Origin: Methanotrichaceae archaeon
GTDB lineage: Archaea > Halobacteriota > Methanosarcinia > Methanotrichales > Methanotrichaceae
Length of the DNA stretch: 53,843 nucleotides
Direction of reading: 5' to 3'
Assembly: GCA_963754945.1 (NCBI GenBank)
Contig: CAVWIG010000044.1
Coordinates: 1 to 53,843, forward strand
In this document: positions 10,487 through 21,446 of the stretch, in pieces
Layout of the letters: each line of letters begins with the position of its first letter
Numbering within the stretch: position 1 is the first letter of the stretch
Program-made: the position numbers and the translations under genes
Notes under the pieces: generated by a model
The model's input: the letters and a program-made list of their open reading frames with translations, nothing else
What the model was told of the DNA's origin: nothing
Database searches by the model: none

Positions 10487-11818
10487 TTAGATCTTCCGCG
10501 ATCTTAGATCTAATAGGTTCTCGTACAGCAGATCGATCCCTTTATTTCTGTCGAAATTATCAAGGAAATAACGGTGACAGCTCTCCAAGTTTTTTTTGTA
10601 GATCTCTGGATGGTCTAGGATCTCCCTCAGGGAAAATTCTATCCTGTCCAGTTCGTCCCAGCTCACAGAGATGCCTACTCTCTTTTCGGTTACAAGTTCC
10701 GAAACAGCCGAGCCCTTATCTGCGACAACGAGTATGGGTAACTTGCACCCCAGATATTCGTACACCTTGGTGGCTATTGCATGCTTTGCCTGAGGATCCG
10801 ATTTTTGCAGTGTGTGAAAAGCGACATCTGATGCAATCAACAACTCCATGGCATCTTTGTGATTTTTCTTTCCCAGAAGATAAATGGAGCCTTCCAGCCC
10901 CATATCCCTTGCAGTCTGCTCTATGAGATTCCTGCGTTTACCATCGCCGATTATTACGTAGATGAGCTTGCAACCCTTATCCTTAAGCCGCTTCATCGGC
11001 TCCAATATCGCCTCGGGCATGTAGTATGGCATGTCCAGGTCTCCGAGATATACAATAATTCTGGATTCAGTATCGGCTATGCCGTTCTTGACAAGCACGC
11101 GAATCCTATCGAAGCCATCCTCAATCTCCCTCAACTCTTGAAGGTCCAGACCATTTGGCACAAGCATAACTAACGCGCTGTCCCTCTGGAGCTCTTTTTG
11201 CAAAAGCTCGTTAACGGTACTGACCAGAGCTGCGTTCCTAATCGCCTTGAAAAGCAGAAAAGACATGAGGCTGTTGACGATCTTCAATGGGTACTTGATG
11301 TAGAATTTCCTTTGCTCGGCCATGCTGTTTATGACACTTGACAGATCGTCCCTATAGTCAACAGCATACGCGAACCTTTTTCTGCAGATCTTGGATGCGA
11401 CATAAAGGGCTATTGTGGGAGTGAAGGGAGGCGTGGTTGCCAGGATAATGTCAGGGCCGAAATCATTTATCTCTTTTACGGCTATGCAGATCCAGAACAA
11501 GAGAAGCAGGGGGTTCAGGCTTTGAGGTTTATAAGCAGAGGCTGGCAGGATATTTCTGTTGTATCTCTTCACCAAGATGCGGTTCTCAGACCCATCTTTC
11601 TCCCCGATTCGCCTTCCTTCTGGGTCAAAAGCCGCGATCTTCACCTCCAAGTCGCTGTCAATCTGGCAGAACCTTCTGGCCATCTGAGAGATTCTGATGC
11701 TCTGAGCACTGATTTCTGGGAGGTATTGTTTTGCGAATATGAGTAACTTCACAGTTCCATCCTCATGGCCTACTATAAACTTCGGACATAATGCTGGCAC
11801 ATGCTTCGTGGAGTTCAT
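10487..11818 (-). CDS. GT4 glycosyltransferase
   Basis: GT-B features: VPNG, IIGDG, KVYEYLGCKLPI. Confidence 0.85.
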   Translation of the reverse strand: MNSTKHVPALCPKFIVGHEDGTVKLLIFAKQYLPEISAQSIRISQMARRFCQIDSDLEVKIAAFDPEGRRIGEKDGSENRILVKRYNRNILPASAYKPQSLNPLLLLFWICIAVKEINDFGPDIILATTPPFTPTIALYVASKICRKRFAYAVDYRDDLSSVINSMAEQRKFYIKYPLKIVNSLMSFLLFKAIRNAALVSTVNELLQKELQRDSALVMLVPNGLDLQELREIEDGFDRIRVLVKNGIADTESRIIVYLGDLDMPYYMPEAILEPMKRLKDKGCKLIYVIIGDGKRRNLIEQTARDMGLEGSIYLLGKKNHKDAMELLIASDVAFHTLQKSDPQAKHAIATKVYEYLGCKLPILVVADKGSAVSELVTEKRVGISVSWDELDRIEFSLREILDHPEIYKKNLESCHRYFLDNFDRNKGIDLLYENLLDLRSRKI

Positions 11819-12042
11819 TGATTACCTGCGCTAAACATTTATAGCATTCGATCAAAACATTCAATCCCAAGCAATTCTATTGACCGAGATCCGTAATATA
11901 AACCGGTATGAATCTTGAGGCGATCTGATTGGTATTATGGACAGATCGACATTAACCTCGATAAGGAATCCAATACCCTCCGCAGCTTGCAGCAATTATA
12001 AATAAGGATTAACGGTGTTAGTGATGAGGAGATAGTGACCGA

Positions 12043-13068
12043 ATGGAAAAAACTGATGCTGAAAGGTCGCATAAACCGCCAGGCAAATTGAAAATTGCCC
12101 TAGTATATTATTCCGCATTCTCCTCATTCATCAAGAAGGACTACGATCTCCTATCCAAGCACTTTGAGGTTTCTAAAGTCAATATCAAAAGCATAAAAGA
12201 CATCTTTAACCTGATGCTCGCTGTATCCAAGTGTGATTTAACCTTCATCTGGTTCGCAGGAAAGCACGCTTTTCCTGCAGTTCTTTTGTCAAGGGCACTA
12301 GGCAAGAGATCGATCGTTGTTGTTGGAGGTTACGATGTGGGCTGCGAGCCAGAGATCAACTATGGCCAGTTCACTTTAAGTCGGGATCAAAGGATTTATG
12401 CAAAGTTCTCATTAAAATATGCATCCAAAGTACTAGTAGTAGACCCTTCTTTAAAGGAGGACGCCATTAGAAATGCCGGAATCGATGGAGAAAATATCGA
12501 GTATCTCCCTACTGGGTATAACTCAGAGCTATTCAAACCGAAGGATTTTAAAGAGAATCTAGTTCTCACACTGGCATATGTAAGCAACTCTGTAGTTAAG
12601 AGAAAGGGATTGGATACATTTGTGATGACTGCTTCCTATGTACCAGAGGCTGAGTTCGTCCTCATAGGAAAACCGCTTGATGATGCGATTGAGGGTCTAA
12701 AAAGAACTGCTTCGGACAATGTAGAATTCACAGGCTATCTTCCAGACGATAAGCTTCTAGAGTATTACCAACGGGCCAAAGTCTATTGCCAGCTATCCGC
12801 CTATGAGGGGCTGCCCAACGCCCTATGTGAGGCCATGCTATGTGGGTGTATCCCAGTAGGAACCCAACGAAATGGCATACCTACGGCAATAGGAGACACT
12901 GGTTTCTATGTACCTTACGGTGATCCGAAGATGACGGCGGAGGCAATAAAGAAGGCTCTAAATTCTTCAAGCGAAATGGGACAGAAGGCGAGAGAACGAA
13001 TAATAAAATTATTCCCAGAAGAGAGGAGAGAATTAGGCCTCTTACGGGCAATAGAGAGCTTATACTAA
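12043..13068 (+). CDS. GT4 glycosyltransferase
   Basis: RKGLD and EGLPNALCEAMLCGCIPV (EX7E motif). Confidence 0.9.
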   Translation: MEKTDAERSHKPPGKLKIALVYYSAFSSFIKKDYDLLSKHFEVSKVNIKSIKDIFNLMLAVSKCDLTFIWFAGKHAFPAVLLSRALGKRSIVVVGGYDVGCEPEINYGQFTLSRDQRIYAKFSLKYASKVLVVDPSLKEDAIRNAGIDGENIEYLPTGYNSELFKPKDFKENLVLTLAYVSNSVVKRKGLDTFVMTASYVPEAEFVLIGKPLDDAIEGLKRTASDNVEFTGYLPDDKLLEYYQRAKVYCQLSAYEGLPNALCEAMLCGCIPVGTQRNGIPTAIGDTGFYVPYGDPKMTAEAIKKALNSSSEMGQKARERIIKLFPEERRELGLLRAIESLY

Positions 13069-13073
13069 TTCAT

Positions 13074-14806
13074 CCCACATTCCGCGGTTCACTCCATCCC
13101 GTAATATTTTTGGCACTCGCTGCCTAATAATTCAAGAATAGTGCTCTGTGGGTCACTCAGATGTATTATAGTCTTAATGATTGTTCCACCATCCGTAACA
13201 GCCGATACAATGACGCCCATAAAGATCTCAAAGACCCAACGCATAGTAGGTCGCTGAGTTGGTTTGTTTACCTGATCAGGTATGGTTTGCTCTGTCTCTT
13301 TTAGTTCCTTCCTGAGCTTCCATTCAGCGAATGAATATATGAGAAGACTCAAGACCATGATCATGCAAAGTGCTTCGATCCTCTCCTCTTTTTTGAGATA
13401 GACCTCGGAAACATGGAAGCTCTTATCCTTCAAGAATCTGAATCCACGTTCGACCGCTTGCTGTCCTTTATAATAATTTAGCATGACCTCGGAGTCGAGA
13501 TCGACTTGATTGCTGGCCAAAACAAATCGACCCAAGTTCTTGCGAGCTTCTATTAGAGCTTCCTCGTTGAGTTCTATCTCACTTTCAATCACGTAGCTCA
13601 CGTTCAAAAGTTCATCTTTTTTCGGACGTCCTCGTTTCTTTTCTGCTTTTTCCATAACGGGCATGACCTGCACATTCTTGAGCAGATGATGTGGATGCGC
13701 AGATTGCCATAATCTCGAATCATTATCTGCGTCCGGTATGCAGGCAAATTTCTTTCTCATTAGCTTTTTGAGATCTTTTTCGGCCTCAGTCGTTTCTTTT
13801 TCAATTTTTTTCTCGAACGTTTTTTCGTTCCTCTTTTTCATTTCTTCAGACCAAACAACAACCGCACGCTGAGGAACACCTGCGTAATTGAGATCGGTTG
13901 TGAAAAAAGCGTATCTTGGATCGTTGCCAGGAATCATATTTAAGTTGGAGTTGAGTAGCTTTTGAGCTTCTGCTACAGTCGCTGGGATATGTGTAATCCA
14001 TTTTGTATCTGTTCCCAAGAGTTTGATATTTTCTTCTGTGTACAATGCGCTATCTGCGATCCAATAGCTTTCATCGTCAAAATCAATCGCTTGTTGCGTT
14101 TTTTGTATCATTTCCATTATGCTCTTCTTATCCGATTTATTTCCTGAGTATGCTTTAGCAAAGAGCGGTAAACCAAATTGATTTGTAACCATGCCGAGCA
14201 CGAACCTCTTCAGATCCATTCTACCGTCTTTGGCATGACCAAAAGTAACCCGGATTGAATCAGTACCATCTGGCGCATCATTATCATATTTTCCATAGAC
14301 GCTGAAGTTTGTTGTATCTACATGGATCAGTTGAGTTCCAATGGAAAATTGTTTCATGATGTGCAAAGAGATCTCATTGAAAAGCTCAGTGGCACCGCTT
14401 TTGTAAATCGCATCAAGTGTCCTGCCAACGACATCATCATTGAGGTCGGTTGGACTGATGCCCTTACCAAGCAACTTTTCTGTAGGAATCGTCATGAAAA
14501 AGTTGGGGAAAAGGTACAGTCGCTGACCAGTAAAACCCAAGCCGTTCAGGATCATGGCTTTGATAATTACTGAATGAAGAAGATTTCGCGAACCTCTCTT
14601 GGGAAGAACTCGATCAATTACATCAGCGATATTCAATGAATCAAATATGCCAGCAACTATGCCAAGGTGACCTATCAAATATGATTGGACATCCATATCC
14701 ATGCTACTTCCCTTCTTGGAAGCAGTAGGAAGTTGTTATTAAATAATCTTTCCCATTTTAATCGTAGGCTATTTCCGGATTATTGATGCGAAGCGCGGAA
14801 TGTAGG
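13074..14806 (-). mobile_element. IS1634-family insertion sequence
   Basis: TIRs CCCACATTCCGCG / CGCGGAATGTAGG. 6-bp TSD ATTCAT at 13068-13073 and 14807-14812. Confidence 0.92.
13089..14702 (-). CDS. IS1634 DDE transposase
   Basis: HVDTTNFSVYG, FGHAKD, IADSALY and YKGQQAVERGFRFLK motifs. Confidence 0.93.
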   Translation of the reverse strand: MDMDVQSYLIGHLGIVAGIFDSLNIADVIDRVLPKRGSRNLLHSVIIKAMILNGLGFTGQRLYLFPNFFMTIPTEKLLGKGISPTDLNDDVVGRTLDAIYKSGATELFNEISLHIMKQFSIGTQLIHVDTTNFSVYGKYDNDAPDGTDSIRVTFGHAKDGRMDLKRFVLGMVTNQFGLPLFAKAYSGNKSDKKSIMEMIQKTQQAIDFDDESYWIADSALYTEENIKLLGTDTKWITHIPATVAEAQKLLNSNLNMIPGNDPRYAFFTTDLNYAGVPQRAVVVWSEEMKKRNEKTFEKKIEKETTEAEKDLKKLMRKKFACIPDADNDSRLWQSAHPHHLLKNVQVMPVMEKAEKKRGRPKKDELLNVSYVIESEIELNEEALIEARKNLGRFVLASNQVDLDSEVMLNYYKGQQAVERGFRFLKDKSFHVSEVYLKKEERIEALCMIMVLSLLIYSFAEWKLRKELKETEQTIPDQVNKPTQRPTMRWVFEIFMGVIVSAVTDGGTIIKTIIHLSDPQSTILELLGSECQKYYGME

Positions 14807-14929
14807 ATTCATAGTCATAGCGATGATAATCTACGCCCGACGAGCTAAGGAGATATGGTCCAGGCACTCACATTGGATAATTGATCCATTGATCCATGTA
14901 TCGATAGGCCAAAGTTAGGATGGTGCCAT

Positions 14930-16069
14930 TTACTGTGGCACATCGGAGTCAATTAATCTAAAGAAGAAATTTTCAATCTGGGCGAATGATCTCTCCCAGC
15001 TAAACTCTGCAGCAACCTTGCGGTTGACCTCGCCAAACTCAGCCCTCAATTCTGGAGACGCGACGAGTTTCTCAATCGATTGCGCCAGCTTCTCCGGATC
15101 TTGGGGAGGCACCAAGAAGCCATTTCGGCCATCTTTGACAAGGTATGGTATTGCTCCGGCGTTAGTTGTTACTATTGGAAGTCCGTAGGACATCGCTTCA
15201 GCAAGTGCCATGCCGAAACCTTCCCATAAGGATGGAAACACAAAGATGTCGGAAGTTTCATAAAGGTTCTGAAGATCGCTCTCATTTACCCTTCCGTGGA
15301 AAATCACGTGATCCTCAATGCCTTCAGTTCTACAGTATTCTCTTATGCCCTGGACATAGGTCTCATCTCTCTCGGCATCACCTACTACATGAAGGATTAA
15401 ACGCTTCAGCCCGCGACTCTTGACCAAAATATTAATGGACTTCACAAGGGTGTCAACGCCCTTACGGGGAATGAGATATCCTACGAAAAGGAGGTTCACA
15501 TTTTCACCATCAGTGCACATCCTTCTACTTCCTAAGCCGGAGACATTCAGGCCCGGGTAAGCTATCAGCATATCAACATGCCTCCTCAGCACTCGGTCCA
15601 CGAGGCTCTGAGTGAACTCGCTGGGAGTTATGATGCCATCGAGGGAATTCGCAAAGATGCTCTCCACCACGAACATAAGTGTTCCCTTGAGCTTGTTCTG
15701 CATTAGAGGTGCATAGGTGTGATGAATTAGAGATACGATTCGGACCCTTTTACCCATTCCCACTCGAAGAAGGCGAATCAATAGGTTGAACAAGAAAAGG
15801 TCTGCGCTTTGAGATCCGTCCTCCAAGATCACTATGTCGCCATCTATATTTCTAATCCGTTTTAGCAGGGATATATTGGATACGTTCTGCTTTAAGGATT
15901 TCAAAATAAACTCCATGGCATTTCTGTGAGGTCTATTCGGCCAGGATACGTTATCGACTCTGTCAAACCTCTCCTTTAGATATTGATCAAGTCTATAGTT
16001 GTAAATCTCTCCCCCTGTTATCGGGCGTTCCGGTAACCTCATTAGATTTATGACATTTCCCCTATTCAC
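14930..16069 (-). CDS. GT4 glycosyltransferase
   Basis: RKGVD and PSLWEGFGMALAEAMSYGLP. Confidence 0.92.
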   Translation of the reverse strand: MNRGNVINLMRLPERPITGGEIYNYRLDQYLKERFDRVDNVSWPNRPHRNAMEFILKSLKQNVSNISLLKRIRNIDGDIVILEDGSQSADLFLFNLLIRLLRVGMGKRVRIVSLIHHTYAPLMQNKLKGTLMFVVESIFANSLDGIITPSEFTQSLVDRVLRRHVDMLIAYPGLNVSGLGSRRMCTDGENVNLLFVGYLIPRKGVDTLVKSINILVKSRGLKRLILHVVGDAERDETYVQGIREYCRTEGIEDHVIFHGRVNESDLQNLYETSDIFVFPSLWEGFGMALAEAMSYGLPIVTTNAGAIPYLVKDGRNGFLVPPQDPEKLAQSIEKLVASPELRAEFGEVNRKVAAEFSWERSFAQIENFFFRLIDSDVPQ

Positions 16070-16109
16070 GCCGCCAGAGCTTTTAACCGGTTTTCTGTTC
16101 GCTATGAAA

Positions 16110-17144
16110 TCACCTCACCAGGCCGTCTAACAATCCTTTGAAAAAAGGTGGAAGATTTTTGAAATCCTTTTCACGGACAAAGAACCAGATATCCCTCCAG
16201 AGTTGGTAGGAAAAGTAGTAGCTTAAAAAGAAGGCAAGCTGAGTCCTGCTGGCATGCTTTCGCATGAACCAGAACTTGTTCCGGGTCAAGTAATATGGCT
16301 TGGTTATGTTGGCGGTTGAAACTGAGATCTTGTGCCATATCTTGGATTTGGGAACGTACACCGATCTGTAGCCCAGCCTTAAACCCCTAACGCACAGCTC
16401 AGTCTCTTCCCAGTAGGCGAAGTACCTGGAATCTAAAAGGCCAATCTTATCCAACATAGCACTTCGGGCCAGCATACAGGAGCCCTCAACGTAGTCGACA
16501 TCCTTCATAATGTCATACTGCCCTCTATCCACCTCGAAAAGACCCTCGTTGGTGTGGGTTCCCTTCCACAGGTTCAGCCTCATTCCGGCCGAATTTATAA
16601 CATCCGCCCTTCCTTGGAAGTCGTAATAATAAATCATTGGCCCGACAAAGCCAATGGTCTCATCCTGCTTCGCAATATCGATAAGCCCGGATAAAAAATC
16701 CTCGTGGACCACTGTATCGTTGTTCAGGAGCAGCACATATTCCGGATCCAAAGCTCTTCGCGCGTACCTGATCCCAATATTGCAGCCCTCGGCAAAACCG
16801 TAGTTCTTATCGTTCTCGATGATGATCATTCTCCTATTGGAGGGCAGAGCTATGATATCCTCCCCAGGCCTTTTTCCCCGATCAGCTTCTTCTTTTGTGC
16901 ATTTCCAGGTCTTTATTGGCTTATTATCCTGCGAGAACTTGAAGAATTTGGAATTTACGGCCAGGTCTCCTTTTGCGTAATTCAATATCGATTCTATCGA
17001 GCCATCTCTTGAACCGTTATCGATGACGATAACGTCGTAGTTGGGATATGAGATTTTATAAAGAGATTCCAGGCACTCTATAGTGTCCTTCCAGCCGTTC
17101 CAGTTGAGAATTATTATTGATACCCTGGGTATGTGGACCTCCAT
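16110..17144 (-). CDS. GT2 glycosyltransferase (rhamnosyltransferase-like)
   Basis: IILNWNG, NYGFAEGCN, LLLNNDT and YWEETE motifs. Confidence 0.9.
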   Translation of the reverse strand: MEVHIPRVSIIILNWNGWKDTIECLESLYKISYPNYDVIVIDNGSRDGSIESILNYAKGDLAVNSKFFKFSQDNKPIKTWKCTKEEADRGKRPGEDIIALPSNRRMIIIENDKNYGFAEGCNIGIRYARRALDPEYVLLLNNDTVVHEDFLSGLIDIAKQDETIGFVGPMIYYYDFQGRADVINSAGMRLNLWKGTHTNEGLFEVDRGQYDIMKDVDYVEGSCMLARSAMLDKIGLLDSRYFAYWEETELCVRGLRLGYRSVYVPKSKIWHKISVSTANITKPYYLTRNKFWFMRKHASRTQLAFFLSYYFSYQLWRDIWFFVREKDFKNLPPFFKGLLDGLVR

Positions 17145-17299
17145 AACAGCTCCTGGTATTAGTTCGCAGGTTTGAGCGGAATGGATTTAGGTGCCTTTCG
17201 CCGATATTTAAAGGTATACTTTTTCGGTTGATATGATCAGGATCAGACCTGGCTAGCTCGAGGAAGATTACGAATCCGTTAGCGGTTAACCGTAACACA

Positions 17300-18385
17300 T
17301 CAGGGGTTTGCAGGAGTCGCAACAGAATCGCTCGGTAAATATTGTATCCATCTGGATTGCAGCTCTGTCAAGAGTTCATTCCCTCTCAGACCTCTTCGGA
17401 TCATTAAACTATCGTATAACTGCCGAAAGGTTTCACGAGATCTCCCCAACCTCAATGCATAAATCATACACCAGAACAAGTAATGTGAAAATCTTCTCAG
17501 CGTATGACGCGTGAGGGGTGAAGGATAATATCTGACGGCAATAATTAACCAATTTTTGATATTATAGTATCTGATAGTCCGCGATGGCTTGCGAGTTCGC
17601 CATCCCGCTGATACCCCCCTCTTATGGTACACTACTGATGATGGAACCAGGAATGAGGAATATCCTTTTAGCCTGATCTTCCATGATAAGTCGACATCCT
17701 CGAAGATTACAAAGAAACTCTCGTCGAACAGCCCTACATCTCTCAATACGTCGCTCCTATAGAGCCCAGCCGCAGCACAGGGTCCAAATATCTCGGTCTT
17801 GTCCACGATTCCCTCGTATTTAGAACCGATCCCTATGTCCTTAGCTCCGCTTCCCGATAAACCTTGTCCTAACGAGTCTATCTGCTCGCCATCAGGTCTC
17901 AATAAGAGAGATTGAACGCTGCCTATTTTTTCATCTGCTTCTATTGCTTCAACAAGCTCGCTCAGGAAGCACTTATCTACAAAAGTATCGTTGTTCAAGA
18001 GCAGGATATATTTAGGATTTAATGCTTTCAAGGCGTACCTTATCCCCACGTTGTTGCCGCCCGCGAAGCCCAGATTACTACTGTTCTTAATCATGATCAG
18101 CCGTTTATTCGAAGGTAGGTACGTGATTTCTTGCTCTCTGCCTCCTCCTAACTCGGCCTCTTCCTTTGTGTATTCTAAGATCTTTGTAGGTCCTACGGAA
18201 GATGGTCCGACCACATCTTCATAATAATCTCTTATCTTTCGGTAGGAGTCGTCTGCGGAGGCGTTATCGACTATCACAATAAAATAATTTCTATATTTTA
18301 CATCGTGCATTGAACTTAAGCAGTTGATGGTGTCCGACCAACCATTCCAGTTGAGAATTACAATAACAACTCTGGGCTGTTCCAT
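17300..18385 (-). CDS. GT2 glycosyltransferase (tandem paralog of the previous gene)
   Basis: VILNWNG, NLGFAGGNN, LLLNNDT and FEDVD motifs. Confidence 0.9.
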   Translation of the reverse strand: MEQPRVVIVILNWNGWSDTINCLSSMHDVKYRNYFIVIVDNASADDSYRKIRDYYEDVVGPSSVGPTKILEYTKEEAELGGGREQEITYLPSNKRLIMIKNSSNLGFAGGNNVGIRYALKALNPKYILLLNNDTFVDKCFLSELVEAIEADEKIGSVQSLLLRPDGEQIDSLGQGLSGSGAKDIGIGSKYEGIVDKTEIFGPCAAAGLYRSDVLRDVGLFDESFFVIFEDVDLSWKIRLKGYSSFLVPSSVVYHKRGVSAGWRTRKPSRTIRYYNIKNWLIIAVRYYPSPLTRHTLRRFSHYLFWCMIYALRLGRSRETFRQLYDSLMIRRGLRGNELLTELQSRWIQYLPSDSVATPANP

Positions 18386-18619
18386 CGTGCTTCCTTTATC
18401 TTTTCCTTCGAGCTACTTAATTCCCTGGACAAATAGTTACTTACCTCTATGAAGTTTTCGTGTGTTACAAGAAACTTCTTCGTCGATAACCAGAAGGATA
18501 GGGCCCTATTTTCTTTACCGAATGGTTTAACTTCAAGCATACCGAAACGTATTAAGTAGAGATGAAGATTCGTAGCTTTACGGTTTCCACAAAAGATCTG
18601 CATTCGAGGTGGGCATATT

Positions 18620-19433
18620 TTGACAGAAAACTCGAGCCCTAAGAGATACGAACCTCCAGCAATAGACCTGGAGAATAAAAACAACAGCCAAACCGTGATT
18701 GTCGAGATGACCGGAATAAACAGGCGAGTTCTAGAAGTAGGCACTTCGACAGGTTATATATCCAAGATACTGAAGATCAGAGGAAACAGAGTCATTGGCG
18801 TCGAGATAGATAAAGAGGCCGGAGAGATCGCCAGGCAATACTGCGAATCGATGATAGTGGGCAATGTAGAGGAACTCAACCTGGATGAGTATATTGAACC
18901 TTCCTCGATTGACGTAATCGTGTTGGGAGATATCCTGGAGCACCTAAGACGGCCTGAAATTCTTTTAAAGAAGATGAATAGATACTTGATATCCTAATGG
19001 TTATCTTGTTGTCTCTCTTCCGAACATATGTCACGGTGATATTCTTTTGAATCTATTGAACGGAAGCTTTTGTTATACTTCAGTGGGTTTACTCGACGAA
19101 ACTCATATTCATTTCTTCACAAGAAAAAGCATATTTAGCATTTTTAGTAATTGTGGCTATAATATCGATGATTTTCGGACGATGGTAACTCCTTTAGGTG
19201 CTACAGAGCAAAAAGTTGATTTAAGAAGAATACCACTGATATTGCAAAAGTTTATAAAGTCTCTTCCGGATTCAAATGTTTATCAGTTTGTGTTTAAAGC
19301 CGTTCCATCCAATAATCCGGTAAACGAGGTCGTAAGCGATGCGGACTTTGATAAACTTTTTAGGATATCGATAAAGGAATATCTAAAAGAGAGAATGCGC
19401 CAGGTTTTCGGGCGCAAAACTGCCAAAGTATAG
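18620..19433 (+). CDS. SAM-dependent methyltransferase (glycan-associated), frameshift at ~18990
   Basis: VLEVGTSTG and GDILEHL. After the shift the frame reads PNGYLVVSLPNI...GLLDETHIHFFT. Confidence 0.8.
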
Positions 19434-19502
19434 AAATAGTTGATGGATATGGTTGCCTCAAATGAACGATTCCGGCTGCGCTCTCATTATGGATTAATCT
19501 CA

Positions 19503-20942
19503 TTATTGATTAATCGATAATATTTTTCTGAAAATTTGCATATCATCTTCGTCAAATATCGACAAGAAATAAGATATAACGAAGTAAAAAATAGCCGCGG
19601 CGAATATGAGCAGGAAAAGGTTCAACCGAGCTAAATAAATCAAGAAAATGCCCATTAGGCCGCTGGCAAGAATTACTTTCAGGGTAAGAGCGAAATCCGC
19701 TCTTGGAATCGCGTATCCCATCCTGGAAGCAGCTAGAACGGAAAGGAGTGTTGATGTTAGCACTACCGTTACAGTAGTGAAACTAGCACCAATATAGCTG
19801 AACTTCGGGATTATCCACAAGTTCAATAATACGATCTCAATAGCGCAGAGTGCTGTAATTTTGGCTACAACCATCTGCCTGTTAGAAGCTGCTAGTAGGT
19901 TGCTGAAAGGGCTTCCAATAAAGATGATGACCGTGGACCAAATAAGTATTTGTAGAGCAATCACGGAGTTGGAGAAAGCTGGACCAAATATCATTGAGAT
20001 GATCCTATCCGCCAATATGGTAGTACCTACTCCAATCGGTAACGCTAAAACGATCATGTATTTGAATGATTTCAATTGAATGAATCTGAATCTATCAGAC
20101 GAACTCATATAGAAATTAGACATGGCAGGAAATAATGCTATATTGAGGATCTGCGGCAAGATCAGAAGGATCGTTATCAGCCTGTAGGGAGCATTATACC
20201 ATCCAACCGCTTCGTTCCCTTTTGAATAAGATAGCATAACAGTTGCAACCGAATAAAACATGCTTACAAAGAGGCCAGTAAAACCAAAAGGCATGGCTTC
20301 AATTAATAAAGCTTTCCAGACGCCGACATCGATGTGCGTCCTAGCCTTAAAGAATTTTGTTGCAAAGATTATGGAGCTGTACCCGATGTTTACTATGTTG
20401 GCGAGAAGGTAGATAAAAGCAAATCCGACTACACTGAACCCTCGGTTTATCGCTAGAAGCGCTCCTAAAAGCATGATAATTCCGTTTAGCACCGAACCAA
20501 TAGAGTTATACTCCATTTTTTCATGCGACTGAAATACAAACCCGAAAACGCCATTGAATGATGATAAGCTCGTCGAGAGTGCTATTATATACACGACTTT
20601 AATCGAATCGCTGTTGTTGGGCCTAATTACATTCATCGTAACCGCGATGAGAAGGAGAGTCAAGATTACTAGAATGGATTTAATCGCCACGATATTGAAA
20701 AAATACTTATCCGAAAGGCTTTTGTCTCTGGATATATCCCTTATGGCTAGCTGGCCTAGCCCTAAATCCATAAGGACTCCGAAAATTACGCACAAGGACA
20801 GAGCAAAAGCGATTGTTCCATAGCCCTCAGCACCCAAATAGCGTGCTGTATAGATAGCGTAGAAGAAACCCAACACTAAGTTTAATGCACTGGATACAGC
20901 TAGAAAAATGGAATTCTTGGCTATAGTACGTACAGAACTCAC
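19503..20942 (-). CDS. Wzx-type polysaccharide flippase
   Basis: IAKNS, ARYLGAEGYG and AVGWYNA motifs, many TM segments, inside the glycan cluster. Confidence 0.9.
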   Translation of the reverse strand: MSSVRTIAKNSIFLAVSSALNLVLGFFYAIYTARYLGAEGYGTIAFALSLCVIFGVLMDLGLGQLAIRDISRDKSLSDKYFFNIVAIKSILVILTLLLIAVTMNVIRPNNSDSIKVVYIIALSTSLSSFNGVFGFVFQSHEKMEYNSIGSVLNGIIMLLGALLAINRGFSVVGFAFIYLLANIVNIGYSSIIFATKFFKARTHIDVGVWKALLIEAMPFGFTGLFVSMFYSVATVMLSYSKGNEAVGWYNAPYRLITILLILPQILNIALFPAMSNFYMSSSDRFRFIQLKSFKYMIVLALPIGVGTTILADRIISMIFGPAFSNSVIALQILIWSTVIIFIGSPFSNLLAASNRQMVVAKITALCAIEIVLLNLWIIPKFSYIGASFTTVTVVLTSTLLSVLAASRMGYAIPRADFALTLKVILASGLMGIFLIYLARLNLFLLIFAAAIFYFVISYFLSIFDEDDMQIFRKILSINQ

Positions 20943-20948
20943 GATAGA

Positions 20949-21446
20949 TCACTTATGCGGCAGGTAGTGCCAATCCCATTGCCTGCCACACCGTTCATCT
21001 GCTCTACCGTTTATCGACTTAGGAACTATCGACGGATCATTCCAGGGCCTTCGGACCTCATCCGGGTCTTTGTAATCGTACAGCCTGTTTACGAAATAGA
21101 CGAGAGTAGCAGGCTTGTTCCCCACGACTTTAAACCCATGCCAATAGTGACCAGGAACCCTGACGACTTGAGGGTTATCTCCAGTCGAAACCACTTCGTC
21201 CAGCTCTTGTGTCTCGTCGTCGTAAGCGCAGATCTTCAATGCTCCCTTTATTGCTAAGAAGCGGTCAACCTGGCCCCTCTCATGCTTGTGCCAGGCCCTT
21301 ACTATGCCTGGGTAGCTAATGGACATGTTAGCCTGACATACCTCATCTTGAAATACATCTGCCCAATCGCTTCTCATGATCTCAGTGAAGAAGCCCCTTT
21401 CGTCCGCAAACCGCTTAATAGGTCGTACGATAATTCCGGGTAGCAT
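20949..21446 (-). CDS. rfbC: dTDP-4-dehydrorhamnose 3,5-epimerase
   Basis: DERGFF, RAWHKH and VPGHYWHGF cupin motifs; operon context. Confidence 0.9.
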   Translation of the reverse strand: MLPGIIVRPIKRFADERGFFTEIMRSDWADVFQDEVCQANMSISYPGIVRAWHKHERGQVDRFLAIKGALKICAYDDETQELDEVVSTGDNPQVVRVPGHYWHGFKVVGNKPATLVYFVNRLYDYKDPDEVRRPWNDPSIVPKSINGRADERCGRQWDWHYLPHK